This document shows positions 1 to 12,063 of a DNA stretch of 64,000 nt, one piece after another. The first letter of the stretch is position 1; each line of letters starts with the position of its first letter. This stretch comes from Flectonema sp. DT1601 (Eukaryota): contig OZ025789.1 of NCBI GenBank assembly GCA_964019425.1, positions 248,001-312,000 on the forward strand, written 5' to 3'. The notes under the pieces are model-generated. The model was given only the letters and a program-made list of their open reading frames with translations, was not told where the DNA came from and made no database searches. A program made the position numbers and the translations under genes.

Positions 1-173
1 GAGGTTGAGCACTCACAGAACCCGTCGATGCAAATCGCTGCAGCATCTCCGAACTGACGGCAGTCGTTGTTTCTGTTGCACAATCTGATGTTTGGTGTTG
101 GGAACCCGTACAAAGTCTCGTGCTGGGCCGTCGCCAAGGCGACAACACACAAAAGAAGCATCACTTTCGACAT
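1..173 (-). CDS. Cys-rich secreted/surface protein, 5' part (runs off window); paralog of 1434-2324
   Basis: Hand translation MSKVMLLLCVVALATAQHETLYGFPTPNIRLCNRNNDCRQFGDAAAICIDGFCECST: signal peptide plus Cys spacing matching CENDNECRLWGDTTATC..CTC of the next gene. Confidence 0.75.
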   Translation of the reverse strand, partial: MSKVMLLLCVVALATAQHETLYGFPTPNIRLCNRNNDCRQFGDAAAICIDGFCECST

Positions 174-632
174 CTTAATAATGAGATGAGGCTTAAGGCT
201 GAAAGTGAAATAAAAATTGAAGAAGAGCACGCTGATCCCTCAAGCCCAAGAACTCAAATACACCTGCATACTACTCACATTCATTCTTTTACCTGAAAAA
301 CAGAAATACATGACATCATTGTAACTTTTGTTTTTGTTTTTTTTTCTACGAAAGCGAGATCTTCCCTCCCCTCAATTTTTTTTTTATTCTTTGCCTGGGG
401 TCTGACTTTGCCAGGGGAGAAGACAATAGAAAATAAAAATAAAAAATAGGGAAGAAAAAAAACGCAGTTTTTTTACCGATACACTGACTATGAACAGATA
501 TTTTGGGGGGATATGGAGGGAGGGTCGTCAAGGTCGGAAAACGGACTGAACCACAAACACAACACTAAAGGCAGCGAAAACAATTCAAATTCGTTGTCCG
601 CGAGGGTATCACCCTGTCCGAAAGAAAAGTGG

Positions 633-669
<37 letters not shown>

Positions 670-1433
670 GGGAATTTTTTCATTCTTTTTTTTTTTTGGA
701 GGAAAACAATAGTAGAAACCACCAAACGCTCAGCCTCGTTGATTCTCATGATCAACCGAAGTCTGTGGACCATCAAGAGAAAAGGAAAAAGGGGGCAAGC
801 AAGCTCTACCACAAGACTATTTTTTTTTTTTTTCGTTCGGTAACTTTTTTTTTTTTTTTTTTTTTCCCTTCTACCCCTTTCCAAAAAAAAAAAATAAAAA
901 AAAATAAAAAAATAGCAGCAACGTAAGGATATCAATAGAACATTTGCTGCTAAAATGTGAGAATCCGTTGCCCTGCTTGTTTGTTGGACTTTACACAACA
1001 AATAGCAGGACCCCAGTCGTAAAAATAAGAGAATTTTTTTTTTTTTTCTTTTTTTTTTTTTTTCTCCTCCCCAACCTGTTTCAGGTAATTGCTTTATTGC
1101 TGTAGACCTCGTTCTCGTATTACTCGAGATTCGGCAATATCAAAATATTGAGGATGTTAAAAATACAAAATAAAAAATGACTATACATCAGAAAATCTTT
1201 TCCTCCATTATTCTTTAACCTAAAAAGAAGGCGATGATACCACACAGAAACACATCGAACTTCGGTTTATTTCTGAAAAAAGGCTTTTGCTTAAAAAAAA
1301 GAAAAAGAAAAAGAAAGGCGGTTGGTACAACACTGTTGGGGGGTGGGTTATGAGTTTTCTTTTTTTTCTATCTGTTTTTTTTTTCTTTCTTGTTTTTTTT
1401 TCCAGGAACATACAGTGGGTCATGGATACAAGT

Positions 1434-2324
1434 CTAGTACTCGTCATCCTCCTCATCAGGACCTCTTGGGGTCTCTTTTGTTAGTGGCATCTTGTCTTCC
1501 GTGCTGTAGTCTGGTCTCTGGTAGGCACGAAGGCAAACAACAAGAGTAGTGACAAGAACTATAAAGAGGAGGACTCCGAGAACGATGGCAACAACAACAC
1601 CGTCAGGGATATCATCGTCCTCTGGTCTTCGGGGAAGACGTTGGATGCACTGTCCGTTGATTAAGTCGAAGGCAGCATCACAAGAAATAGCAATACACAT
1701 ATCGTCCACTCTTGCCATGTACAATGCACCGAAGTCAAGATTGCAGAGACCCTTGTGGTTGTTTACTTGAGGGAACTTTGACTGAGATCCTAAAAAGTTT
1801 GTAACCAAAGCACTAGTTCCGACGAATCTACTTCCAGTTCCACCAGGTTGCCAGAAGATAGGAAAGTTTGGAATCACAGTGAAAACATCATTTAGACTCA
1901 CTCTAGCGTGAACAGCAACGTTGACACCAGACGGTTCAGCACATGAGAAGGTAACACTAAGAGCCTTTCCAATAGTATTCTCCATGGTTGTAATGTAATC
2001 AGTTATAAGAGCAGCTCTTCCAGTAACATTACACGATCCTCTCGGGTATTGAATAGTGAATACGAGTGGTAGTCTCAGCGCCAGACCGTCTTCATTTTCA
2101 TTTACACAAATAGCAACATTCCTTCCATTTAATGTTGGATTAATATATCTGCTCGAAGGCGTACAGGTACACTGCTTGGTGTTGAAGTTACATGTAGCAG
2201 TGGTGTCTCCCCATAGTCTACACTCATTATCATTCTCGCAAGTAGGGATGGTTCTTACATCCAATGCGAGAGGGGCAACAGCAGCTGCCGTTCCAATCAA
2301 AGCTGCGAGTAATAACTTCTTCAT
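1434..2324 (-). CDS. Type I membrane protein with Cys-rich (EGF/EB-like) ectodomain
   Basis: 296 aa ORF: signal peptide, Cys-rich domains, TM helix VVVAIVLGVLLFIVLVTTLVVCL, acidic tail. Confidence 0.85.
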   Translation of the reverse strand: MKKLLLAALIGTAAAVAPLALDVRTIPTCENDNECRLWGDTTATCNFNTKQCTCTPSSRYINPTLNGRNVAICVNENEDGLALRLPLVFTIQYPRGSCNVTGRAALITDYITTMENTIGKALSVTFSCAEPSGVNVAVHARVSLNDVFTVIPNFPIFWQPGGTGSRFVGTSALVTNFLGSQSKFPQVNNHKGLCNLDFGALYMARVDDMCIAISCDAAFDLINGQCIQRLPRRPEDDDIPDGVVVAIVLGVLLFIVLVTTLVVCLRAYQRPDYSTEDKMPLTKETPRGPDEEDDEY

Positions 2325-2783
2325 TCTGTTAAAGAGATACCTGTCAAAACAAGGAAGGAGAGTTCAGAAGTTGAATTATTTTTAAAAAAAAAAACATCAA
2401 ACAAAAATACAACGACCATTCCTTGCTGCCTCAACAACAACAACAACATCCTGGTGAGCGAGATTGTGAAAAAAAAATAAATCAGAAAAAGAAAATCAAA
2501 CGAAGTTACAACTATGACGTTATTTTTTTTTTTTTTTTTGGGTGTAAAGAAAAACTAAGAAAAGAAGAACTCCCGCAGTTCCAAAATATAATCCCAGCTG
2601 GGATATGATTTTAGTAAACCACCTTAGAACTTAACATAGACACGGCACTTAGTGACTACAGTAGAATCATCTATAACAAAACAAAACAGCAAGGCTTGAC
2701 TTTACTACGTCACATAAAAAAGGGAACATTATTCCCATCTCAATTTGACGATACCTTAGAGAAATACAAAGCAAGTACAGCAC

Positions 2784-2820
<37 letters not shown>

Positions 2821-2958
2821 ACACCCGTAATTTTTTTTTTTATTTTATCCTCAGCCACCCTCTCAAAAATAAGAGTGAGAGAGATCCCAAACCGAACGAC
2901 AATAACAAACCTGAATTAAAGTAAAGAAAAAAAAAAAAAAAGAAAACAATATAACACG

Positions 2959-4443
2959 TTATCGCAAACCCGCACTAATTAAGTTGTGGTGATGGTGATT
3001 CAGGGTAATAGGTCTCTTTGGTGGACGTGCTGTTTTTTTTTTTTTTTTTTTTAGTTGTTATTTATAACTTTATTAACAAGAAAGGAATAAATAAAAAGAC
3101 GACATACAAAGAGGAATCACGGGGTTGGAGATCGCTCTCAGCCTGATAGTATCGGTTGCTGGAGGTGCGATTGCCGAAGCCTCGAGGTCCTCAGCGGAAT
3201 GTATTTTACGCAAAAGAGGAGCTACAATATGAGCGCTGTGTGTGTGTTGTATATTTCTTTTCCCGCTGAGCAGAAAGCACTACAAGCATGTGGACCAACT
3301 TCACTTATTTACTCGTTTTGGATATCCGCAACCGATACAAAATTTTCATCCACCAAACAAAAAGTTTTGGTGGGTTCAAAAAAAAACATAAAAACCATAC
3401 CGTGGAAGAGATGATGAAGAAGAGCTCCGACTTCTAGCAGACGGTGCTAGTCGCTGACCGGTGAGATGCTGAAGACGACTTGAGTATTGAGGTTCGGTAT
3501 TTCCAGAACTTAAAGAAAGGAGTGAAACCAAAACTTTTCGAAACGTAAAGTGTTTCACCCTATGAAGATATTTAATAAAGACGACGGCTATGAGAACCAA
3601 CGATAGCATTCTGACAACCCATCTACACAATCCGTGAACAGTCACCCCGACAACAGGATTACGATACTCAACAGGTGCTATATTCGCAGCTAAACCAACA
3701 CAGGACATTAGAATAGTATCAACACCAGTGAATGGACGCATCCTCGACAATTCTTGTCGTGCTTCACGGATATCATTCTTATTACACTTTGATATTAACG
3801 TAGTAACGAATGATTCATTTGATAAAGGTTGACCAGGGGGTGGTTTTCCAGATGTATTTTTTGCTATTGATATACTCTCAACCATGTCGTGAAGATCACC
3901 GTTACGCTCACCAGCTTCATTTATACTTTTTTGAAGTGATTTGATTTGCGTTACCGCAAACTCCAACACCTCTGCCCTGCTTTTCTTATTCATAATGTCA
4001 AGCAGTTGCTCCAGTTCGATGAATGAATTAGAAATTCTACATTTTCTCGCAATTACGTCTCGGTCTCCACTCCTACTCGCTGTCCTCTCTCGTATTAATT
4101 GCGGTGGTGGAGGTGCTTGAAGAGGCAGTTCTGCTGGTGACAGTCGGCTTATTTTCTTATTAGTCTGTGAGCCAGGGGCCTTCCTGCCTATGGCACCCCT
4201 TATATTCTTCATTGCTTCCGAACTTAATATAGTGCTGTCAGTTTCAGGGATCCTAGTCGCTTGAGAACTTAACATTTGTAATGCTTTGTGAGGGTTTAGG
4301 GAAACCCTATGTTGCAACATACTCGGAGAAGGTGAATCTTCATCCTCAGACATAAAATCACGTACCTCTTCCAACTGCACTACTTTTACTTTGGCCGATG
4401 GCTTGTCACCAGCCAAAGTGCAGACACTTTTCCGTAAATCCAT
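2959..4443 (-). CDS. bHLH(-zipper)-like protein with hydrophobic/TM segments, 3 exons (4443-3401, 3235-3108, 3029-2959)
   Basis: Motif ARKCRISNSFIELEQLLDIMNKKSRAEVLEFAVTQIKSLQ fits the HLH pattern; hydrophobic WVVRMLSLVLIAVVFIKYL; two GT-AG introns join in frame to TAA at 2959. Confidence 0.7.
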
Positions 4444-5510
4444 TTTGGTGTTTTAGTGTCACTGGTTTTTTTTTTTTTTTTTTTAAAAATAAAATAAATA
4501 AATAAACATTCTCGCACTATTTTTAAAAAAAAAAAAAGTTTTCTTATTGAATGCATTATAATGGTGTTGTTGCTGTTTTTTTTTATTATTATTATTAAAA
4601 AATAGGTTCTCCCCTCTTCTTGTTTGAAAGAAAGAAAGAAAAGAAAAAAAAAAAGGAAGTACAATATAATTATTATATTGCCATTATATATTTTTAATTT
4701 TCTTTTTTTTTTTTTTTTTTTTTTTTTCCCCTTCTTCTTCATCCTTTTTTTTTTTTTTTTGGTTCACCTCGACAAGCCTTGTTTCCCTGCGGTCGAGAAA
4801 AACAAAAATCGGTTGTCTTTTATTTTTTTTTTTTTAAAAACGGGTGCCTACCATTCTTATTAATTTGGGATGGGGGGAGAGAGAGAAACAAACGGAGTGA
4901 AATCGGCGTTTTATTAAAAAAATAAAAAAATTTAAAAAAAAAAAATGAAAAAAAACCCGAACGAGAAGGGACCCCAACTTTGTTATTCCATTCCACGTAC
5001 CTCAGGGAGTTAAATACAACTTATTGACCTGTAAATGTGTAACCATACGGACAAATACTTTATCGTACGAGATAATTCAAAAAAAAGAAGGAAAAAAAAA
5101 ACCTCGGCTAGTTTTCACACAACCTAATCCTACAAGGCAAGAAAGCAAAAGAATAACAGCTGAGAAGTCAACCCAGAACGGGTTTGCGGGTTTGCGGGTT
5201 TGCGGGTTTGCGGGGAGGATTTAAGAGAGAGAAGAAAAAAAAAGAAAAAAAAAACGTAAACCATTCGAAGCTGAAACACGGTCACTGCTAATAAGCTAAA
5301 ATCGTATGATGTTTTTTTTTTTTTTTTTTTTTTTGCTAAGAGATTTGCCTGTGTTTCAACTCCAAATTCCCCAAAAAAATAAAAGGAAAATAAAGGTTAA
5401 CATAAAAAATATCACGCGCGGACGAGGGAAAAAAAGAAAAAAAAGAAAAAAAAAAAAAAAAAAACCGATTTCAATTTCGTAATTAAGAAGAAAAAAAGAA
5501 GAAAACTGCA

Positions 5511-5563
5511 TCAGACCCGCCCACGTAATAAATCCATTCATCTCGGGATAAGTCAACTATCAC
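5511..5563 (-). ncRNA. Candidate single-copy box C/D snoRNA
   Basis: GTGATAG (degenerate C box) ... CTTATCCCGAG-ATGA (D') ... CTGA (D); D' guide complementary to conserved LSU rRNA UUCGGGAUAAG. Confidence 0.35.
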
Positions 5564-5618
5564 AAGAAAAGCAGGAGAGAGGGCAAATCTAAAAGAAACA
5601 TAACTGCCATTAAAAATC

Positions 5619-7236
5619 TTATTTAGTCACTTCGTGCATGGCAAACGCAACGTGCTTTACGTTCGCTGGGGTTACTCCCGCAACTGAAATTCTTCCGTTG
5701 GAGGTCATGTAAACGTGGTACACAGAGACACACTCCTTAACCTGTTTTAGTTGTTTTTGTGAGGCCTCCCTACACACCCCCACACATTTTGAGAGTTTTT
5801 TCAAAGACTTGTTCCAAAGTGCTGAAGAAACAGTAGTAGATCGGAATTCCCATTGTTGCAACGTGTTTGTATTTGTTTTGCCAAAAGAAACTTCTCCGAA
5901 AGAAATTCAAAAATGACACTTCTAAAAAAAAAAAGGTAATCACAAACCTGCTCAGGGGTAAGACCTGTGAAACAAAACATTCCGATCTGGTTCTCAATGT
6001 GCTCCCAGTTACGGGTCGATCCGAGATTTTTCAATTCAGTTGTTAACGCCTTACGCATTGAGATGATACGGTCAGCCATCACTTTAACGTCTTTTCTCCA
6101 CTGAGTGGTTAGCTCTTCGGACTTTAAGATTTCGGTAACAAGACGGGCACCATGGATAGGTGGGTTACTGTACATGGCTCTAATGATAATCTTTGCCTGT
6201 GATTCAATCTTCTCCTTCTCTTCCTCAGAATCGCATACGATATGAAGAGCACCAACACGGTTTCCGTACAGTCCCATGTTCTTAGCGAATGATTGTGTGA
6301 TAATCATTCTGTGTCCTTGTTCAATGAAATATCTGACAGCGAAGGCATCTGTTTCTGGGCATCCAGAGGCGAATCCTTGGTATGCAGAGTCAAAGAATGG
6401 GTAGTGTTCCATCTCCTTACAGACATCTGAAATCTGTTTCCACTGTTCCTGAGTTGGGTCAACACCAGTTGGGTTGTGAGCACAGGCGTGGAGAAGTACG
6501 ACGGATCCCTTTGGAATGGCTCTCAAGTCCGAAACCATCTTCTCTAAGTTCAGTCCACAAGTTTCAGGGTTGTAGTAGGTGTAGGTAGCTGGCTTAATGT
6601 TAGCATCCTTGAAGATAGGTCCATGGTTTCCCCATGTTGGGTTAGGAACATAGATCTCTCTTTCCCGACCATCATCATACGCAAATCTGCTGAGGAAGTG
6701 AGCTCCAACACTGAGTCCTCCAGTACCAGAAATGGTTTGGAAAGATGCGAGTCTTCCTTCCTTCACTGCGCTGGAATCTTCTCCGAGAAGCAGACTGGCA
6801 GCAGCCTTGCAGAAAGTTGCTGGTTTTTGTTGTTGTTGTTTTTTCTTTTAATTATTTTTTGAGAATAACTCTGCTTTCCCTTAACAGTTAATCACAACAT
6901 ACCGTCACCACCAATAGGAGCGTACTCGTGGTTCATGTTTCCACAAATATTATTCTCGGCATCTCTTACACATGGAAGGACGAATGGTTTTCCATCATTG
7001 TCTCTGTAAGATCCAGTTCCTAAGTTAACTTTGTTCTCGAATGTGTCTTTGTTGTAAGCAACGGTAAGTCCTAGAATTGGATCAGGTGGGCCCATCTGCA
7101 CACCCTTAAAAATACCTCTGTTTTGATGTTTTGTGTTTGTATAGTGATATTAATATACAGAACATAAGAAAAGGGGAAAAATAAAAAAGAATTTAACAAA
7201 CCTGTTTGCGTTACGCAATATGCTGTTACGAAACAT
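5619..7236 (-). CDS. GOT2: Aspartate aminotransferase, probably mitochondrial; 4 exons (7236-7202, 7117-6903, 6819-5948, 5741-5619)
   Basis: Motifs [37 protein letters not shown] (PLP Lys), [12 protein letters not shown]; three GT-AG introns splice in frame; short Arg-containing N-terminus [12 protein letters not shown]. Confidence 0.93.
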
Positions 7237-8643
7237 ATTTTTTTTTTTTTTTACTTTTTTTTTTTAATAAATGATTAGGCTGGGGTGAGAATTAATAATT
7301 GTTTTGATTTCTTATATACCACGTAACCATTTTCTATTTTTTATTATTATTACTGCTACCAACTGGGGGTAAAGAAAAGTCTCCACCTGTTTAAATTACA
7401 GCACAGAACCGATATTATCCAAGAGTGCAGCAGATACAATTCAAGCTACTGGACAGCGTGAGATTAGTCGACTATCAAACTTGATCCTCATCGAGACAAG
7501 AGACAATTAATTACCCTTCAGTAGCCACAGTCACTATTCCTGAGTACGTCATTTATCATTCAGAACATTCGACTGACGCGCTGATTGGGTTTTTCCTACG
7601 CAGGGAGTCCGTCTAGAGAGTTACTGCGACCCTCTGTCCGGTATCATTACTTTTCTACCCAGTGGATGGCTAAGTCAGACTATTATAATAGTTCACAAGT
7701 ACTGATGAAATGAAAATAATTATTTAAGCAACAGAACCAAACAGACATCAGGGAAACTCTTCCAAAGATAAGGATAGTTGTTTTTGGTTTTTTTTTTTTT
7801 TTTTCTTTCTTTTTTTTTTTTTAACCGGTAGTCTTTAAAATTGTAAGCCAAGTACAAGTTGCCTCCTGACGGGTATATTGTGGGTAGTTCGAAAACGTTG
7901 TGCTCCAAAATATAACAAGACTCTACTCCACCCGCGTCAGGCGCATCTCTTGTCTTAGCCCTAGCATGCTACGTTGGAACATTGTCACCAGCCCGGTGGA
8001 CCAAGTTGTAATTATTGCCCCTGGTTTACTCATCACTCTTCCGTGTGACGGCGGTTATTCCCTAATAACCTGTTGTATGCTTTACCTAAGTCTTTTACTT
8101 TTTTCTTCTTCGCACGCTGTCGGTTTCCACCTTCGATGCAGTCAAACTTGTTCCGCCTTGGTTGTTTTTGGAAGAGCTAAGCTAAGTGGCAAGGTTTCAC
8201 TAACAGGTCGACTTTTTGTCAGCATCTTAGGCTTCTTTTTGCCGAGGACGTGCGGCTTTCTTTGTGGTCTCACAGTGACACTTTTAAAACTTTTTTTTCA
8301 CTCTTGTCGGAGGTTCCTCGCAGAACGCAGGTTCAAAAAAATGTTCAAATCAATCGGAAAGGCAAAACTTTATCAAAATAACTATTGATTTTCAGTTGGG
8401 TAGGTCTTTACCGAGTGTGAGGTAAACAAACGAGGCCACAAGTGAAAATCTATATCTGATTTGCATCTTTATTTTACGAGGCTTCGAAGGGAAAATTTAC
8501 ACCCCCGGCGGTCTACGGGCTCTTCAGGAGTCTATCCTGCATCCTTGGCTGCTTTCGGTGCACTCTGCTGGAATAGCTATGCTTTCTTGCATCAACAACG
8601 AGCCCCCGTGAGAGATCCCGAGTAAAGAATGTTCCTGCGTCGC

Positions 8644-9966
8644 TTAGAGCTGCCGGTTACCAGGCAGCCGAACAGAGGCGATGCTGTCCAAGAGGAAACT
8701 ATGTCCTATTTCAGTCACACTAAGATTAAGACTTGAAAGGTCAACAGAAGTGAGCTGTGAACAGAAATTCAAGAAATTATTTCCGATAGTAGTGAGACTA
8801 CTAAGACTACCAGAAAGGTCAAGAGAAGTGAGCTGCGAACAACGGTACAAGAAAAAACTTCCAATACTGGTGAGACTACTAAGACCAGAAAGGTCAAGAG
8901 AAGCGAGGTGTGAACACTGATACAAGAAACGATCTCCAATAGTAGAGAGACTGCTAAGACCAGAAAGGCCAAGAGAAGTGAGTTGTGAACAATCACACAA
9001 GAAACCAACTCCAATACTGGTGAGACTACTAAGACCTGAAAGGTCAAGAGAAGCGAGGTGTGAACTCTCACACAAGCAGTAATCCCCAATACTGGTGAGA
9101 CTAGTAAGACCAGAAAGGTCAAGAGAAGTGAGGTGTGAACACTCAGACAAGAAACCAACTCCAATAGTGGTGAGACTACTAAGACTTGAAAGGTCAACAG
9201 AAGTGAGTTGTGAACTCTCACACAAGCAGTAATCTTCTATAGTGGTGAGACTACTAAGACCCGAAAGGTCAAGAGAAGTGAGTTGTGAACACTCAGACAG
9301 GAAACCAACTCCAATACTGGTGAGACTACTAAGACCTGAAAGGTCAAGAGAAGCGAGGTGTGAATTCTCATACAAGAAGTAATTTCCAATAGTAGAGAGA
9401 CCACTAAGACCTGAAAGGTCAACAGAAGTGAGGTGTGAACTCTCACACAAGCAGTAATCTCCAATAGTGGTGAGACTACTAAGACCTGAAAGGTCAACAG
9501 AAGTGATTGAAGCTTCCCGCAGGAAGTCATGTGAGATGATTGTGATGTCGGAATTTGAATTGCAGAAAGAAATCCGTTTGGCAACTGAAGGCAGCGTACT
9601 TATACTAACACTGAGGCAACCATCTTCTGAGAATGTAGGGGTGTCTAAGTTTAAGTATTCCTCATTGTGGTTTCCAAGCCATTGAAGCAGCTTCTCCCGC
9701 TTCGATTCATCAACAAACCAGCATTTACCAAATAAACGAAACAACTTCCTCCGCATTTCTATCTCGCTGTCTGCACCCAATCCATGATCTGCCAGACGCT
9801 CTGTTTCGTTAAGGGTGTCACCAGCGAACGAGAGTTCAACTTCTTCCGGATCGATATCCCACTCAACAGCCGCCCCCTTCAACAAGTCGCTCACAAGTGA
9901 ATTAGTATCTAACGTGACTGACACAGCAGCGAGTTCCAATTCCGGGAATGTCACAAAAACCTGCAT
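8644..9966 (-). CDS. Ubiquitin-like domain plus tandem 23-aa leucine-rich repeats (BspA-like)
   Basis: MQVFVTF...LVSDLLK...VELSFAGDTL...LADHGL Ubl pattern, then ~11 repeats LTSLDLSGLSSLTSIGxxFLxECS (69-bp DNA period); intronless. Confidence 0.88.
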   Translation of the reverse strand: MQVFVTFPELELAAVSVTLDTNSLVSDLLKGAAVEWDIDPEEVELSFAGDTLNETERLADHGLGADSEIEMRRKLFRLFGKCWFVDESKREKLLQWLGNHNEEYLNLDTPTFSEDGCLSVSISTLPSVAKRISFCNSNSDITIISHDFLREASITSVDLSGLSSLTTIGDYCLCESSHLTSVDLSGLSGLSTIGNYFLYENSHLASLDLSGLSSLTSIGVGFLSECSQLTSLDLSGLSSLTTIEDYCLCESSQLTSVDLSSLSSLTTIGVGFLSECSHLTSLDLSGLTSLTSIGDYCLCESSHLASLDLSGLSSLTSIGVGFLCDCSQLTSLGLSGLSSLSTIGDRFLYQCSHLASLDLSGLSSLTSIGSFFLYRCSQLTSLDLSGSLSSLTTIGNNFLNFCSQLTSVDLSSLNLSVTEIGHSFLLDSIASVRLPGNRQL

Positions 9967-10493
9967 TGTTTTGAGTGATCTACTGAAAGACAAGAAGGGA
10001 TGTTAAAATGAGAGAGCGCCTGACCTGTGGCTTACGCTTGCTTCCCAATCTCGAACTAAACTTTTCCAGAGGCCTTCCCACGGGTGTTCTCGTAGATCTT
10101 GTTGCGATCGATGTTGTGAATATTCTTAAACATCTTAAACAATATTTTAAATTTGTATTTGGCAAGCAGAAGACACACAAGGAACACACAACTGTTGTTT
10201 CAACTGCGATCTCGTCAACGGTGTTGTCAATTTAGATAATTACATGTCGTGTAATCTACAGAATCAGGCATCAGGCTCCTTGAACTCTAAACATTTACGA
10301 TTCCACCTCCGCCTCTGTCATTAATGTAAGTAGTCTCATGCGAAGGAAAATATAATTTCATCAAAGAAAAAACCAACTTCATAATAAACAAATAAAAACA
10401 CCCTTCTCTTGCACGCTGGAAAGCATCAGTAAAGGGGAAAGTGTGCTACAAAACATCATCTCGTTGATTATTATTATTTTTTAACCAACGATG

Positions 10494-11128
10494 TTATTTC
10501 CAAACGGGACCATTCGACTCTGCTACTGGTATTCCTCGTTTTCGTCCTTCTCGTTTCATAAAGTTACGAGGATAGTAATAATTTCCTCGACTAACCATAA
10601 CTAGAGCGTTGGCAATCGATGCCTTGGTATTATCAGCGATCGTCCAGTTGCAAGAACGTGGAATGGTATCTTGATAAGGAGGGAGGGATGCAATACACGC
10701 AGGCCCCTCTTCTGGAAGACAACTTATCGATCTGTGTGATAGCATAAGGGATAAGCAACTGTCATTATTTTCAATTTGGTTAACAGCTGTTGTCGCTGGT
10801 GAACTCGTATTTATATTTCGATCAATTTCACTGTGGGAGTTGTTAACTTTTTTATTTGATCTACGAATGGCTGACGGTAACAAAGGCTTCATATTAAACT
10901 TACCCTTCACACCCACATCACCAACTCTGACTTGAAGCCTACCCTTCCTTGGATCCTGTGATGATGTTGGTCTACCTGAGCTGTCTGGATTCCTCGGAGG
11001 TTTTACTCTTTTTGAACTTAAGGGTCTCTGCCTTTCAGCAATCAGTTCAGGCTTCCACAAATCTAACAACTTCCCCTCTCTGAACTTACTGTGAGGGGGA
11101 AGCTCCGGTACCATATTGCACTCGTCAT
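10494..11128 (-). CDS. Hypothetical protein (3' exon; 5' structure unresolved, possible exon 11836-11717)
   Basis: Open frame of ~210 codons after TTAG acceptor; no family recognised. Confidence 0.55.
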
Positions 11129-11472
11129 CTAAGTTACAAAAAAAGAAAAAAATTAACGAGAATCGATCATTAAAAGCAAAACAACAGTAAAGCGTTGGTT
11201 CCTTTCTCAACCAGTTGAGTTAGTCATAAAATAAAAATATTTTTTCGTTATGAGATACCTCGCTAATATCAGAGATATAAAAAGAAAAAACAACAATCGT
11301 TCTGCTGTTTCCATATGAAATTAGTAGTGCCATACGTAGTTTCAGGAGCTATAATCTTATACAACTCGTCCCTTCGACCTTCCGCAGTGACACGCCTGTA
11401 AGAATGTTACTATTTTGGTGAGTGTAGGTGAGTAACTTAATAATGTAATTAAACACAAAAGTAACTCGGAAA

Positions 11473-11618
11473 TCCCTGTGATAATTTTTCTGTCACCTCC
11501 GGCTTCATCCCTTGAACATGAAGCGAGACTAAAGGATCGTTAGGCCATGCTTTCACACCGTGGATCGGTACTGAAGAGCAAGCTTTTACCCTTATGCTCC
11601 ACGTGAGATTTCTGTTCC
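11473..11618 (-). pseudogene. Fragment of LSU (28S-type) rRNA, domain V
   Basis: Minus strand GAACAGAAATCTC..AAGGGTAAAAGCT..GTGAAAGCATGGCCTAACGATCCTTT..GAGGTGACAGAAAAATTATCACAGGGAT is collinear with conserved LSU motifs; isolated ~145 nt, no flanking rDNA. Confidence 0.85.
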
Positions 11619-12063
11619 GCAGCAAAAGATTCCGAAATGGATGTATTCGAAATTCAATTTATTACATAGCAGACTTATAAATAAAATTCCCACAACACAT
11701 CATAACAATGAAATACCGACTGTGGTCCTTCCGATTGAAGACGTCCGTTCAGATGGTCTTGTTGAGATGTGATTGGTTCTCCATTTTCAGTTTTTATCTT
11801 CTTGTGTACAGGCACAGGATCGATGCTTCTCTTCATGTGGAATACTGCTCGTCTGAAGTTTTTTTAAAAAATAAATGAATGAAATGAGAATCACATCAAA
11901 GATGAAAGAAATAATAAAACAAAATAAAATCAGAAACTGAACATAAACATAAAACAAAACAAAACAAGAAACAAAGAGAAAAAAAAAAATGTATATTTTT
12001 TTTAAAATAATCTATTACTACGAGTTATGTCAGTTAGAGACTCTGATGGTTGACCTTGCTTAA

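Noticed and set aside
3108..3235. GC-rich stretch resembling U4/SRP RNA
   Set aside because: Explained as in-frame exon 2 of the bHLH gene
5179..5212. (CGGGTTTG)4 telomere-like repeat
   Set aside because: Four internal copies only; simple microsatellite
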